Positions 28,236-40,377 of a stretch of 64,000 nucleotides of DNA are shown in pieces. Position 1 is the stretch's first letter; every line of letters starts with the position of its first letter. Origin of the DNA: Phoronis australis (taxonomy: Eukaryota; Animalia; Phoronida); NCBI GenBank assembly GCA_002633005.1, contig NMRA01000121.1, positions 729,506-793,505 of the forward strand, in the 5' to 3' direction. A program made the position numbers and the translations under genes. The notes beneath the pieces were generated by a model. That model saw only the letters and a list, made by a program, of their open reading frames with translations, was not told where the DNA came from and did not search any database.

Positions 28236-28398
28236 TACCCTACGGTTTAGTGACCACGCGCGTCAGTTCAATGCCGATGAGTCTCCTCTAACCGTCTGTA
28301 CGATTCTGTCATCTACGCAAACACCACTATGATTATGTGAAGCACCGTTTGAATCAGAGGCAAATTCAAAACGATAGTACTAGTAGGCGCAACAATTT

Positions 28399-28753
28399 TT
28401 ACTCTGCGCGTGTAAGCGCAGAGTACTGTTGTTCCTGGGTTTTCTTCAATTTTATTCTTATTCTTCTTATTCGTCTTCTTATTCTTCTTCCGTAAAACAT
28501 CTGTGATTATTAGCATTAACAACACTTTTAATCGAGTTAACAATTACTCCCTCATCGGGGCTCATAATGCACCGGAAGAGGTCAATTAGTGGAAAGGTCA
28601 TCAAAAAATTAATATGTAATTTCTCCTACAATTTTAAAGAATTTCTTTTCATATTGGTAAACGGGTTGCTGTTAGTAACTTCCCATAATAATTCCAGTAA
28701 TACGCACGCGCAGAGTCCGTTATTGTCACGCCGTGACAATAATCTTTCTAGTT
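28399..28753 (+). mobile_element. complete short HINE/DINE-1-like element (family B)
   Basis: TT, then subTIR ACTCTGCGC (28401) with a local inverted copy GCGCAGAGTA (28416) and an (ATTCTT)n-like microsatellite. The 3' end has subTIR GCGCAGAGT (28708), hairpin TTATTGTCACGCCGTGACAATAA and CTAGTT. Confidence 0.8.
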
Positions 28754-29105
28754 TTGTTGTTGTTGTTGTCCATCTATATCATATATCTTATCTTATGGGA
28801 TAGACTACGGCTGGACCCCAAGTTTTTCGCGGGGGCCGGGGAGTGTTCGATCGATTAATTGAATAATATCCCTTATCGTGTCCGGCATTGGTTTTACGGA
28901 ATTGAGGATTTAAGATAGTGAAGTCGCCTCCCTTTCCGCCCGCGCACTGAACCGAGCTCCTAAAATCTGAAATCGTAGATCGGTGTGTGGCGGCGAAACC
29001 AAAAAAGGAGACTTGGCTAAATGAGACCTAAAAACATCATCGAGCTNTCAAATCTAAGATATTGTTAAAGCAGCATACCAAAACACATAGTACAAATATT
29101 TTCAG

Positions 29106-29369
29106 GATTTCCGAGTGTTTTGTTTGGACGAAGGTGTGCTTGCCTTGGGCAAACTGCAACGGAACGATTTGATGGCACTGAGGCCAGAGACAGATAATAA
29201 TGCATCCAACCGGCATCAAGCTTATAGGAACTTTATCTTGTGGCGACACGGACATCTAGGCAGACGAGTACGAAGAGTTGTCCCCAGTTGTTGTGTGTGG
29301 GTTATAAGGGATAAATTTACTGACCCTCTAGGACATTACACTGGTTACACGGATGCTGCTGACCATTGA
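29106..29369 (+). CDS. KolX / P2X7 C-terminal-domain-like protein, last exon (5' exons missing)
   Basis: ttttcag acceptor. Encodes DFRVFCLDEGVLALG...NRHQAYRNFILWRHGHLGRRVRRVVPSCCVWVIRDKFTDPLGHYTGY, fitting the R..AYR.F..W..G.LG...R...PSC.V..IR..F....Y.G signature of this family. Confidence 0.88.
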   Translation, partial: DFRVFCLDEGVLALGKLQRNDLMALRPETDNNASNRHQAYRNFILWRHGHLGRRVRRVVPSCCVWVIRDKFTDPLGHYTGYTDAADH

Positions 29370-29816
29370 ATGTTAATATTTTGGAGTCACCTACTTGTGC
29401 ACAGTATTGGTACTGCTTCTGTGAGATTTTATCACTTCACTGCTAAAGTCTCATTGTCACAAACGAATTGTGTGAATTAAAGTGGGAGATCTCCACAAGT
29501 TTCAGTTCATTCACCAAAATATTATTATCACATAATTTTTTCAAAACTTTGAAGCATTCATCCAGTGGCTTTTAACTGTGATTGTCAGGCTTTGTGGACA
29601 ATTTCCCCTAAAAATTCTTACATTCATGAAACAATACCGTGTCTCAGATTGTTATTTTCCAAAATATATGTATTTGCGACGATGACTAAAAATGTTTGCT
29701 GTTAGAAGGGAAAATAAAAAATAAGATACAGTTCCCTGCTGTCAGTACTGACATTAAGCACTACTAGCTAGAACACAAAGTAAACCAAAGTTTGTTTTTT
29801 ACAAGTCCACTTCATC

Positions 29817-32800
29817 CTAAATTATCTCACTCAATCGACTTTTCTTTGCAGCAATTATTTCTGCCGTTGGCGGTCGTTCCACTGGGGCAATGTTCTCTGA
29901 CAGCAAGCGGGGATCATTTGCACCCAGCTCATGAATACGATGCATTCCTGACCCGTCTTGCAGGCGGTTCTTAACAATCAACTCCATGAGCTCCTTGATG
30001 TGGTTGTAGTTCTTTGCAGCTTTCATTGGATAAGATGACCACCTTCCGCTCTTCTTATTGAAGACGACGTGCTCCCTTAAAAAGAATAACAAGTGTTCCA
30101 ATTTAATATTCAGAAATTAAAATGAATGCAGCATTAATTTACCAACATGAAAAATGTATAACGTGAAATTCTAAAAACAAAAAATCCATTTTCCACTTCT
30201 TTCAGTACACTTATTAACTTTTTTATTTTCTCAAGGTTTTTATCTGATAACGGAAAAATCACTTTCATTAGACACAATATAAAAATATAGTTCATACATT
30301 TGAAATGTTTGGAGTTAACACATTTAAGAAGATTAAACAATAAGCATTTGTCACAAGATGATCAAACTCTTCCTCGATGCCTACACGCATTTATTCAGGA
30401 TTTCAACAATATGAAAAAATTATGGAAATGCCTTTGTGCTTGGTGTAGCATAATTGATTACCTTGCATTACCAGCTTCGTCTTCCAGCACTGGCCTGCTT
30501 ATGTGCTCGTTGTGGTCCAAGGCAGCCAGCAGATTTCTGGCACGGTATACAGGGGGAGTGTAGGCAAATCTTTTTCCACAATACATAAGAATAAGTTGAT
30601 TGAAGTTTTCCAACACATCGGTCGTTCTACAACATAAAATCAAAACCTTTGTGACACATGATGATAAGGCACTGACATCTTGTATAACTAAGAACACTTT
30701 CTAATGCTGAAAACATTACATGTGTTACACCAAGTCACTATTCCAAAGCTAGAATGAGTACCTGTTGTTGATGTAATATGACGCCTTCTTTAGCAGGGTT
30801 GGGTTCATCACAACTTTTCTGAGGGCATCATGAGCAGGTGACCCCTTTTCTAGCCACTTCTCTGGATCAGCACCTTCTGGTGATTCACTACCATGCAAAC
30901 ACTTGAAAGTGCTGGCACTTGTTAGTGGAAGAGTCCACTCATGTTCGTTGGTCACGTGATGTAATGTACTGACCCAATTTCCCTGAAGAACAACACATAA
31001 CACTAATACAATCAACCAATCGAAACCCAATTGTTCTCTAAAATGCTATAACCAAACCGTTAATGCATGATAATGCAACGCTACACTTTAGTCTCATCTA
31101 CACACACTATCCCTAGAACAACTTACCCCATTTGTGACAACTTACTCCCCCCTTATCGAGGCAGGGTAACTTGTTCTAGGGTAACTTACGCCACTTCTAA
31201 TTCCTGTGTAGCTGCAAACTTGGGGCAAGGTGGATGTGATTTATCACCTGCGGTTACATACAGTGAGGTTTTCTTCAGTGCCCTGTATTCGCATTACCTG
31301 TCCGTTTTCATGCACAGGGCAACAACTTTCGCCTTACCCTAGTAATCGGATATGTGTATGTGGACGCTTCACTGAACAGTGGGTTAAATTGAATGAGGTG
31401 CAAATTGGTAGACTGTAAATGGACGGGACTTTTGATGGCCAACTTCACATTTACCTTGACACTCAGCTCATTCGGTCTTTCTGACTGGTCTGCCTTATCA
31501 TCAGTTTGAATACTTTTTGCACAAAAGTACGAAACAGAATAAATCTAATTTTTTTTACCGTTGCGAAATGCTGTGTGATTGGCTACTCTGGAAGTCTCGA
31601 CCAATACTGATGTAGCAATAAACGCTCAAAACTTTACCCAACAGTAATCGACAGTGATTATGGCGGTCATTATGAAACAAATGATTACCTGCTTGTAAAG
31701 TTTGCACTCGATTTCAAAATGGCAGTTCAATTTCAATCCATAGGCTAAAATAAAACATTCAGCAAAGGTCCACATTGTCTCTGTGAATAAACATGAATAA
31801 CTGAATAATTATTACGATCGAGGTATGGCCCATACTTACAATGAATTCGTCTTCAGAACTCGAATGTTGTGCTACAGCCCAAAAGTGGTTGGTAATGTCT
31901 CTTGTCCAGCTCAGCAACTTTCTGCATGGCCTTTCCTGTCCAGCCTGGCAAAAAAGGTAGATTTCAATATGACAATAAGGCGTATTTCAAGAAAGATGTC
32001 ATGATGCTAAATAAGCCCAGGAAAGTTTCCTATAGCAGAAATGACGAAAATGTTTTCCACCTCCATCCAGCAGCTATATGTTTTGCATATTCACAAGTTA
32101 TGGGCTGCTAAATGCTCCATTCTTTCTTAGTAGGGTGGGGAGCTGACTGCACCTTAACTAAAGATGGCTTCCTTGCCTCTTATATCTATTACGTATGAAC
32201 AACCCAGAAGTTCTTCACTACACGCAATAGAGAGACATCACATTATGTACACATTTTCAAAGTGCTCTAACACTTGAGCCCCATTTATATGCAGCACTTT
32301 TACACTCGTAGGGAAGAATAAACGATATTCAAATATGCACCCTGGAGCAAAATGTAGGTAATTTTTGAGGCTTGGACATCGATTACCACGGAATTGCTTT
32401 TGGAGCAATCTTGGAAATGGCAAGTCTGGATACATAAATTGCATTAACATGCACTAGGTTTATATTCGCACGTGTTTACACTTACACGACCTGTATAGGT
32501 CATGTAATTATACACCTGACACTTGAGTGTATATGCGTTTATATGGCAAAAACACACCGTGCGTAAATATACATTCTGATGTAAATATATACTCAGGAGT
32601 AAGTATGCACTCAGGTGTAAATACACACTCTTGTGTAAACACCATCATGCAAATGGGACTTTGGTAAAGCATCTCAACACAGCTGGCCACATTACAATAA
32701 ACGATACCATTAATTACTGTAAAGAACAACGATATAAAACAGCAGATAAGATGCATGGTATAACCACCAATTTTAATAAGTTAAAACTTACAAGTACGAC

Positions 32801-35800
32801 TTTCTTTCCAACGCCTTTTGATGCATGCCAGATGTCGTGACTATGCTTTTTGTCTTTGTGGGCATCAGTTTCTACAAAGAAATGTCACATTTAATTAAAT
32901 ATTGGAAAATGAAGTCTTGTAAACATTTAACACATTGTTTTCCACAATAATTTACTATAACAGTAAAAGACGTTATAATCCAAACAATGCAATCTTTCCA
33001 ACTGTGTTGATAATGTTTCCCAAAAGCATAAATTTGCTGTTTATTGTGAAGCCACTTTCTAACACTGCTATTACCATGCACATATGTAAACTAGTCTTTT
33101 GCATCAAAATCATTTAAAGTTGGACCACTTACTGATATGAAATTGATTTCAAACTGCTCTTTATTAAAATAGGTAGGGCTGAAAAGGTCATTGGTTGAGA
33201 CCATCATTAAGCTTTATAAGCTGACGTGTCATGGTGTGTCATTTTAATCCAAGAGCATGGTAATGAGCAATGACAAACTATTATTTCTTACACGAGTAAC
33301 AGAACTATTGAGACCAATTTTATAATGGTGGTAGTGGTCTATATCGGAAATTAGTTTTAAGATAGAACCCTACTTTTTATCAATTCATCTTTCCCCAGAA
33401 CACAGTCCCCCTAAAATGAATCACTAATCTCCTCTGATGAAATTATTGCCCAAATGTGATACCAAATATTGACTTTAGACATTTAGCGTAATGTTGGGAT
33501 CGATTGTAAACCTTTAAACTTTGAAGACAGAGAGCCACTAGGAATACACCAATGGAATTATCTTACACATACCAGTATCTTGCTAATGGATGCGATACAT
33601 CATATAGCATAAAACAAATACTCACGATTTTTACTGTTTCCACATTAAAGTTTATTGTGCAGGAAGTTAGTGGGTAGTGCCCAATTCTAACTACTGAAAG
33701 TATTCTTTTTATGGTGTAAAGTAGACTAACTTTTCATATCCCAGAACAACAAGCAAGTCTTACTCATGAGAGCAGAAATTTGCGGATGTGCATCTGTAAC
33801 TACTTCAACCACATTCAAACCCTCCTCCTCCAGAATATGAAGACATCGTCGGAAGGCTTCCTTTTCCATGTTGGTGCTTTTTTTCCCAACTTCTCTCTTG
33901 TCTAGGGTTTCCACAGCTACAATTTTTTTTGTTCCATCGTCCATCATTGTGTAGGTGCAGTACTGGGCACAGTGACCAGGCGAATCATTTCGTCCATCAC
34001 CTATGCAAAAAATGTCCAAAATTCAAAGCATTTAGACATTGGAAGCTAAATCATGACATATTTATACGCATTACAATGTAGTATGACATATTTTTTTCCA
34101 AAATAACAAGAATGTGCACAAAAACATATTTATTAAGTTACCTAGTATGACGAGATCTTTTCCTTGCATCTCTCGCCTCACAGCTGCAATATGCCTGGAC
34201 CAGTACTGCTCCACTGATGGAACCAAATAAAAGTGTTGAATCCTGTAGTAGCTAGTTGAGCTTAAGAAATTTAAATTTGAACACTTGGCGAGCAGGGCAA
34301 TTTTGGCAAAGTTGTTGCCTGACAACAAAATGGAGGAGGATATCACAAGATCAAGCGCATGGAACCCACGATTCAGGACTGGCTGTGAGCACCATCGATG
34401 TATGTCGTGATTGTTTTGACATTTCTGAAAATACAAGTTGACAAAGCACAACTGAACTGCTTTGCAATGACTTAACACTTACCACAGCTATAACCCCCTT
34501 CCAACAAAAATCATTTTAGATTCAGACCAATTACCTTAAAAACTGGCTTCAAATAGTTCCTTATCAGGGAAAAATTCTCATGGCTTCAAAGGAACACTTC
34601 AAGGAACTATCTGAGATTCAGGTCTACATGTTGGCTTTACATGGCATGACAATGTATGTGTCAAGCATGGTCTCAGCAAATCACAAAATGTCAGCTCTGT
34701 GCAAACCCATAAATCTGAGTAAGGAACAGCAATTTGTCTAAATCAGAAAAATTTTGAATGGAACAAAGGATTATAGATGCTTTAAGAAACAACAACACGT
34801 GATTAAGAATAAAATTATGCCACTCACTACAGCACATGGACTTTCTAACACTCATCAATTGAAGGTAAAACATACACTATGTCAAGCTGTTCTGATTAAT
34901 GTCTACAGGTTGTGTATTTCCAAACTCAGTAGTGATTCAATTTTTAGGACTACATGATGTTGACTATGAAGCAGAATGACTACCCAAATTAGGTAAAGTG
35001 CTGTTCCAACTTCCTTCCTAGTAACTTGAACACCAGCATTGCAACGGTCACAGCTGGAGTTAACAGAAGTGCCTGAAAACAAAACACAAGATTCGATTTG
35101 AGTTACAGCCTTGTAACCTTTGACCTCGGATAAGGTAAAAAAGGTGCTTCTGCTAATTTCTTTTTTTCACTACACAGTACACATTTCATATTCCAAGTTC
35201 CTCGCGAGCAACGCTTATGGTATGTAAAATATTGTAAAAATGACTAAATTTTGTAAACAATGTTTGAGATATCCTCAAGCACTAAGGTAGACCTACCTAA
35301 GGACAATAAAGCAGGCAGGTGTGCAGAATTCAGCAGATGCAAGAATCATGATAACACAAGATCATGCAAGACTTCAAAACATACCGACATGTATTACAAA
35401 GGAAGCACGTGACCACACTAGCTTTCTTCGCCAAATTATAATGTCTTTCCTTGGAACTAAGTCCACATTTTTGAGAGAACTGATGAGTATTAGGAACTAT
35501 AATTGTAATAATGAATACCTAACAACACTACGCAGATGATGCATGACTTTTAACCAAATGGAAAATTAACGGTACCTGCAAGAGTTATGAGTTGCTCAAA
35601 GTCGACAATGTAGTTACGGCCTGAGGATACAATGGACGCTTCTTCAGGGCGGGTCACATGTCGAACACCAGATGAAGTATTTAAGTTATCTGAGCCCTCA
35701 GCGTCTTCTTCATCATCCGTCTCTTCCTCAGCTCCAAACTCTACATCACCTACAGGAAGATCTTGTGCACTTTCCATGTTGGTTGGCCTAAGAAATAGGA

Positions 35801-38800
35801 GAGAGGTGAACATTTTGCTTCTATAATATATTCACACTTTTGATTTGTTTTATTGAAGAAGCTCACAAACAAATTTTTAATGCAAACCAAAATGGTCTTG
35901 GAAGCGATATTCCTCAAACATAACAATCGAAGTGAACAAAATTTTTTATAGCAAATTTAGTTTAAATATTAATTGATTTTTGGGAGGGTATTGCAAAAAG
36001 TCTACCAAAGCAGTATTACATTTAAGTGATAAGGAAATAAGATTGTGATATATTTGAGCTGATGAGACCGATCACCAATTTACGGTATACATACACCCAG
36101 AAGGGTAACTGCATTTTCATGTAATTGAAACCTTCGTTTGTGTACGCATTCCATACATATTTTCAAACAAATTCTTCAGCCTAAACAAATGAGACTGTTT
36201 TGTCAATTAAAATTTGAAGTCAAACGCTATTCTGAAACATACAAACTGGACTACAATGCAATAACTGAAGTACTAAACACATACTTTAGTGTAATGTCAC
36301 AGGATACTGCATAAGTGTCATCATCAGGGTCATCATCTGAGTCAATATTCTCTGACACGTCGATAGTTAACCTACAGACAAGTTAGCATATTATAAGACT
36401 ATTTTCTTGTCAAAGATATTGGAAGAATACAATTCCATGCAATAACAGACAGAAAATGCATCATGGCTTAATAATACAAAATCAACTTTCAAATAAAATG
36501 CGTAGACTTCACAACATTAGTTGCTCAAACAAAAATGACAAATGCAAGAAAAGGCTAAAGATAAACAAAATATTAGCAGGGCACACCACCTGCAAAAACT
36601 GAAAAGCACTTGGCCATAGAAATCAACAAATAGCTAAGTACCTATCCTGTGAATTATCAACAAAAGAATTCACTTCCAAATGAAATAAACAGAAAATGTA
36701 GGTAAAGCAATGTCAATGATAAAAAAAAACATGGGTCACTTACTCAAATGGATTGATAAAACTGGACTGTACTAATGGTCGATAAGTTCTGAAAGCAACA
36801 GTTCATGAATAAAAGACATAGCATAATCATAACAATCATTTTATACAGTTAATAGACCATTTAATTATTCAAAAAGTCATTTAATTATGACACAGAATTG
36901 GAAACATGCATGGCATAATCCCCAAAAAATTTTGCAAACTTTATTTCGAAAGTTATGTTCGTCAGAGATCAAATAACGAGTGTATACATTCAGTGTGTAC
37001 CTGTGACTAGTTGACATATGGTAGTGAACCGGAGGCCTGATAAATCACGGAAAAGTCTTATAGTGTGATCTTACATAATAACCAAAACATAATTCTCAAG
37101 TATTTATTTCCAGAATTATATATCTATTTACCTTTTTCTCTCTCCATTGTCTTCTTCAGCATTTGAACTTTCTGAAGTGACCATAGCCTCTATGCCAGAC
37201 AACTCGGAGCCACTAAAATCAAACACATACCTAACTCACTCAGTCAGATAACAATAGTTCTCATACATGTTGACTGCTACTTGACAGATCTGTCAAGCAC
37301 AACTTTCAAAGAAATTTGCAAAGTTCTTCCTTCACTGTTTTTCCCGTGAGAAACACACCAGGACTACTGTTCAAATTAACTTTTCAAATATTTTTAGTCT
37401 GTAATTATAAAAATCTGCTATTAAATAATGCCACTAATAATCCTCTTTTAGTATTTGTTGTCTATGTATGCCCCTTGACCCCAAGCGAATTAGTTCCACA
37501 CATGTCCCAGCCTATACGACAGAAATAACTTGTTCAACAAGCCAAGACCATAAATGTATAGTAATGTAATTTGCATTTGATTCAAAAGATAAAATTGAGG
37601 CCACATAGTAAGGAATAGATGCTGGTAAATATTGCGGGTCAAAGTAGTCCCACTATCTAATGCATCGCTGAGCATTGCAACCACAACAGGTAAGGTTTTT
37701 ATGTGCAGGTTTAAAACAATGTTCCGCGAGATATCAACCTGTAGCCTGGTTTTTATAAATACTAACATGACTAGGTCACTTAAAGAACATCTGTGACCAG
37801 AACCAGACTTCATTTATGTAGTGAAGGTGAATGCTAATTTTTAAAGGAACAGTACATTAACAGGTTATAATCACAACATAACATGATGGTTAGTAAAACA
37901 GATGTATGTTAAATGTAACCTAACAGGGAATGAATATCTACATCTTAATGAATATACCTAAAATGTGGCTTCACTGTTCCCGTCTTCGATACGGGTGTGG
38001 AAACAGATGGTTGCTGTAATTGTACTGCTGGTGGCAATCTAAACTCGTGGCTGCAATAAGACAGAACATATGAAATTTCATCAAAATAAACAAAGAATAT
38101 TTCAGGTATTGAGACACTAGCAACACAATGTTTCTTAATTCAAAGTTGGCCATTATCCCTTCATGTGTACAGCATTCGCACGCTGCTTTTGCACATGATG
38201 TCACTTTAATTCGCAACTACTGACTTCAGTTGGACAAGCTTAATACTAAAGTAACGATCGATAACAGATGTTATGACAAAAACTTGAAGCTTGACATAAC
38301 ACTTTACAGTTTATTTGCTTTTTGTTTTGAAACTACCATCACAACAAAACATCAAAAGTTGTACCTGGAAGATGAAGGCACTTGATGTAATGGCAGATCT
38401 CTTACAGATACCGATGATGTAGAGGGTTCATTTGGCACATTCTCTTCGCTCGATGAGTCTTCTTCAGTTGGTGAACCAGGCTTGAAACTATAAAAAATAT
38501 TTAACACCTAGCTGCAGCCAAGCATATCCTTTAATTTAACAGAATACAATTGTTATGTCAACCTTATGTTATTCCTAAGGTACCAAGTCAAACTTCAAAG
38601 AACTTTCAAATAGGAGGATAGGTGGCCAGTTCAAAGGTGCAGCCAATGATTTTCATTTTGTCAAGTGACTGTCATTGTATGTAGTGTTTAAAACGCATGC
38701 ATATAAAATTCATAAAAGGAACTTAATGATTAAAATCATTCACAGCAACGACCGCCTACATAACATCTACAGTAGCCTCCAGAAGGAAAGTTGTTGGAAA

Positions 38801-39866
38801 CAAATACTACCATAGCCTTCCACCGTAAATGGCTAGCCGACTCTCGTATATTCTCACTGCATGGGGTGTCAGGTTGAACAAACATGTAGCTAGATAAGCT
38901 GTGTCCTTAGTTATTCACTAGCAATGTCTGCTGAGTTACAGTGCTGTAGTGAGGTGAGTAGGCACCCAAAACCCACCGTATCACCTTGAGCACTGAACGT
39001 AACTTACGGTGCCTTGGCGCAACGTTCAAATGCCAAAAAGTCATTGGCTGTGCCCATGCTACGTGCGCCTACGGCCCTACGCCCCACTACAACACTGGCA
39101 ACAGGCAGGTTATGTATGTCTGCTGACTGGTTGCGTTAGGAGGGCTTAAATATTCCGCTTCCTAAAGCTATACAAAAGTTCACGGTTTTGAGAGGAGTGT
39201 TTGCAGCACTGTGACATGCACACCACCCTCAGGCTTTTTCAAGAACAGGGTAGTAAGTAGACCAGCCAATGTAGTTTTCAGTTTTTCAACAAGCTTTGCC
39301 GACACATCCACTTTCTTTTACATGATACCCATTGGTAAAAGCTTGACTATTCTGCTGTGAACACTACCAATTGCCTATAGGCGAGTTGATTAGAGAGGCA
39401 TTTATATTACTACATCTACAGTCACTGCAAATTCACCATGACACTAGCCTAGGCCTACTTATATATCCAAGATGGTGGACGAAGCCGAGGACGAAATCAC
39501 TATCAAGGACACTACACTAAAGGATTACTGCAATGTTAAAGTATTCTGTATCGTACTGGTAGGCAGCAAAACAGAAACAATAAGTTAGTAACTTCCCTAA
39601 AGCTGAGATTAGCACACCAAGATCAGGGGTAAGATCAATGACGCCACACCCACGGACAAATGGGCTAACGCTAGGCCTGTGGCTTACCTGTCAAGCAAAA
39701 TCTTTGCGAACTGTGGATGAGTAACATCCATCTGGGATCGCAGGTAGTTCCATCGCTCAAACTGGTCTCCAATTAAAACTTTACGGCGGAAATATTCAAC
39801 TCGTGAACGCTTTGTACTAGATCTTGTCAAAGGAGGACGACCTCTCTTCTTCCGAACGCCTTGCAT
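29817..39866 (-). CDS. Kolobok-type DDE transposase, 15 predicted exons, 752 aa, open frame
   Basis: Manual GT-AG exon chain: 39866-39688, 38487-38365, 38050-37958, 37212-37132, 36788-36744, 36371-36285, 35787-35576, 35072-34984, 34424-34142, 34000-33764, 32871-32792, 31944-31840, 30982-30762, 30626-30462, 30075-29817. Total 2259 nt, phases match, no internal stop. Motifs: KRGRP AT-hook, IGDQFERW..LLD, CxxC..C..H..WCSQP, GDGRNDSPGHCAQYCTY, MEKEAF, VTDAH, HDIWH, NHFW, TDVLENFN, AALDHNE. Exons 2-6 are low-complexity and less certain. Confidence 0.88.
30462..30626 (-). CDS. transposase exon carrying the probable catalytic Glu
   Basis: TTDVLENFNQLILMYCGKRFAYTPPVYRARNLLAALDHNEH, with canonical splice sites. 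Confidence 0.9.
32563..32640. repeat. 18-bp degenerate tandem repeat in a transposase intron
   Basis: gtaaatatacattctgat / gtaaatatatactcagga / gtaagtatgcactcaggt / gtaaatacacactcttgt. Confidence 0.7.
33764..34000 (-). CDS. transposase catalytic exon (first and second Asp)
   Basis: (G)DGRNDSPGHCAQYCTYTMMD...MEKEAFRRCL...VVEVVTDAHPQISALM, with canonical splice sites. Confidence 0.92.
38636..39055. mobile_element. possible old MITE in transposase intron 1
   Basis: Imperfect inverted pair ggtgcagccaatgatttt / aaagtcattggctgtgcc. No TSD confirmed. Confidence 0.35.
39688..39866 (-). CDS. transposase first exon (AT-hook plus conserved N-terminal helical motif)
   Basis: MQGVRKKRGRPP...KVLIGDQFERWNYLRSQMDVTHPQFAKILLD, followed by donor gtaagc. 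Confidence 0.8.
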
Positions 39867-40377
39867 TTTGGTCTTGGTTTGCGTGAACTGGGAATTTTGC
39901 CCAATTTCAAGATTGCGTACGCGAGAGCGCGGAATTCAATATTACTTAAAGCAATGAAGTGGCCTTTAAGGAAAATATTGTAATTATCGGTCCCATAATC
40001 ATGGCTTTTATCAAATACAAGATTTCATTACCATAAAAGAGATTATTTGAGTGAATATGCCAAGCCCTCTAGGGTAATCCGAGTTGACACATGCGCGACC
40101 TTCGCATAAACGGGCTTCCAAATTCAAGCACATATCCAATTTAAAATTCGATCTCTACAAGTTCGATTGACACTTCGTCTGGCATCCATTTATTTCTTGG
40201 TGCACCACAATAAATCAAAAAATTAAGCTAAAAAAATCTGTATTAAATTCAGTTCATTATAAAAAAATTCGAGGTCATGGCGAAGACTATTATTTGGGCT
40301 TAACTTTTGAATAAAAGTGTTTGCGCAAAGATCCGTTTCATGAAGTTTTTAACAAAAATGAAGCGGAAATAGTGCCT

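Larger units (their letters stand above)
29048..40377 (-). mobile_element. Kolobok-superfamily DNA transposon (transposase plus convergent KolX gene), left end lost at assembly gap
   Basis: Two convergent genes typical of Kolobok. Right end GCGGAAATAGTGCCT followed by TTAA (40378-40381) fits RR...YY termini with a TTAA target. An alternative end GTGGCCT|TTAA lies at 39965. No matching left terminus was found before the N at 29047. Confidence 0.8.

Noticed and set aside
29106-29369. Call as a genuine P2X7 purinoceptor gene
   Set aside because: No P2X channel exons are present. The tail-to-tail position next to a Kolobok transposase points to the transposon accessory gene KolX.
35550-35575. 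In-frame TAA at 35550-35552 suggesting the transposase is a pseudogene
   Set aside because: A donor at GCAG|gtaccg (exon end 35576) precedes it and gives the phase needed by the next exon (GTSVNSSCDRC...), so the stop is intronic.
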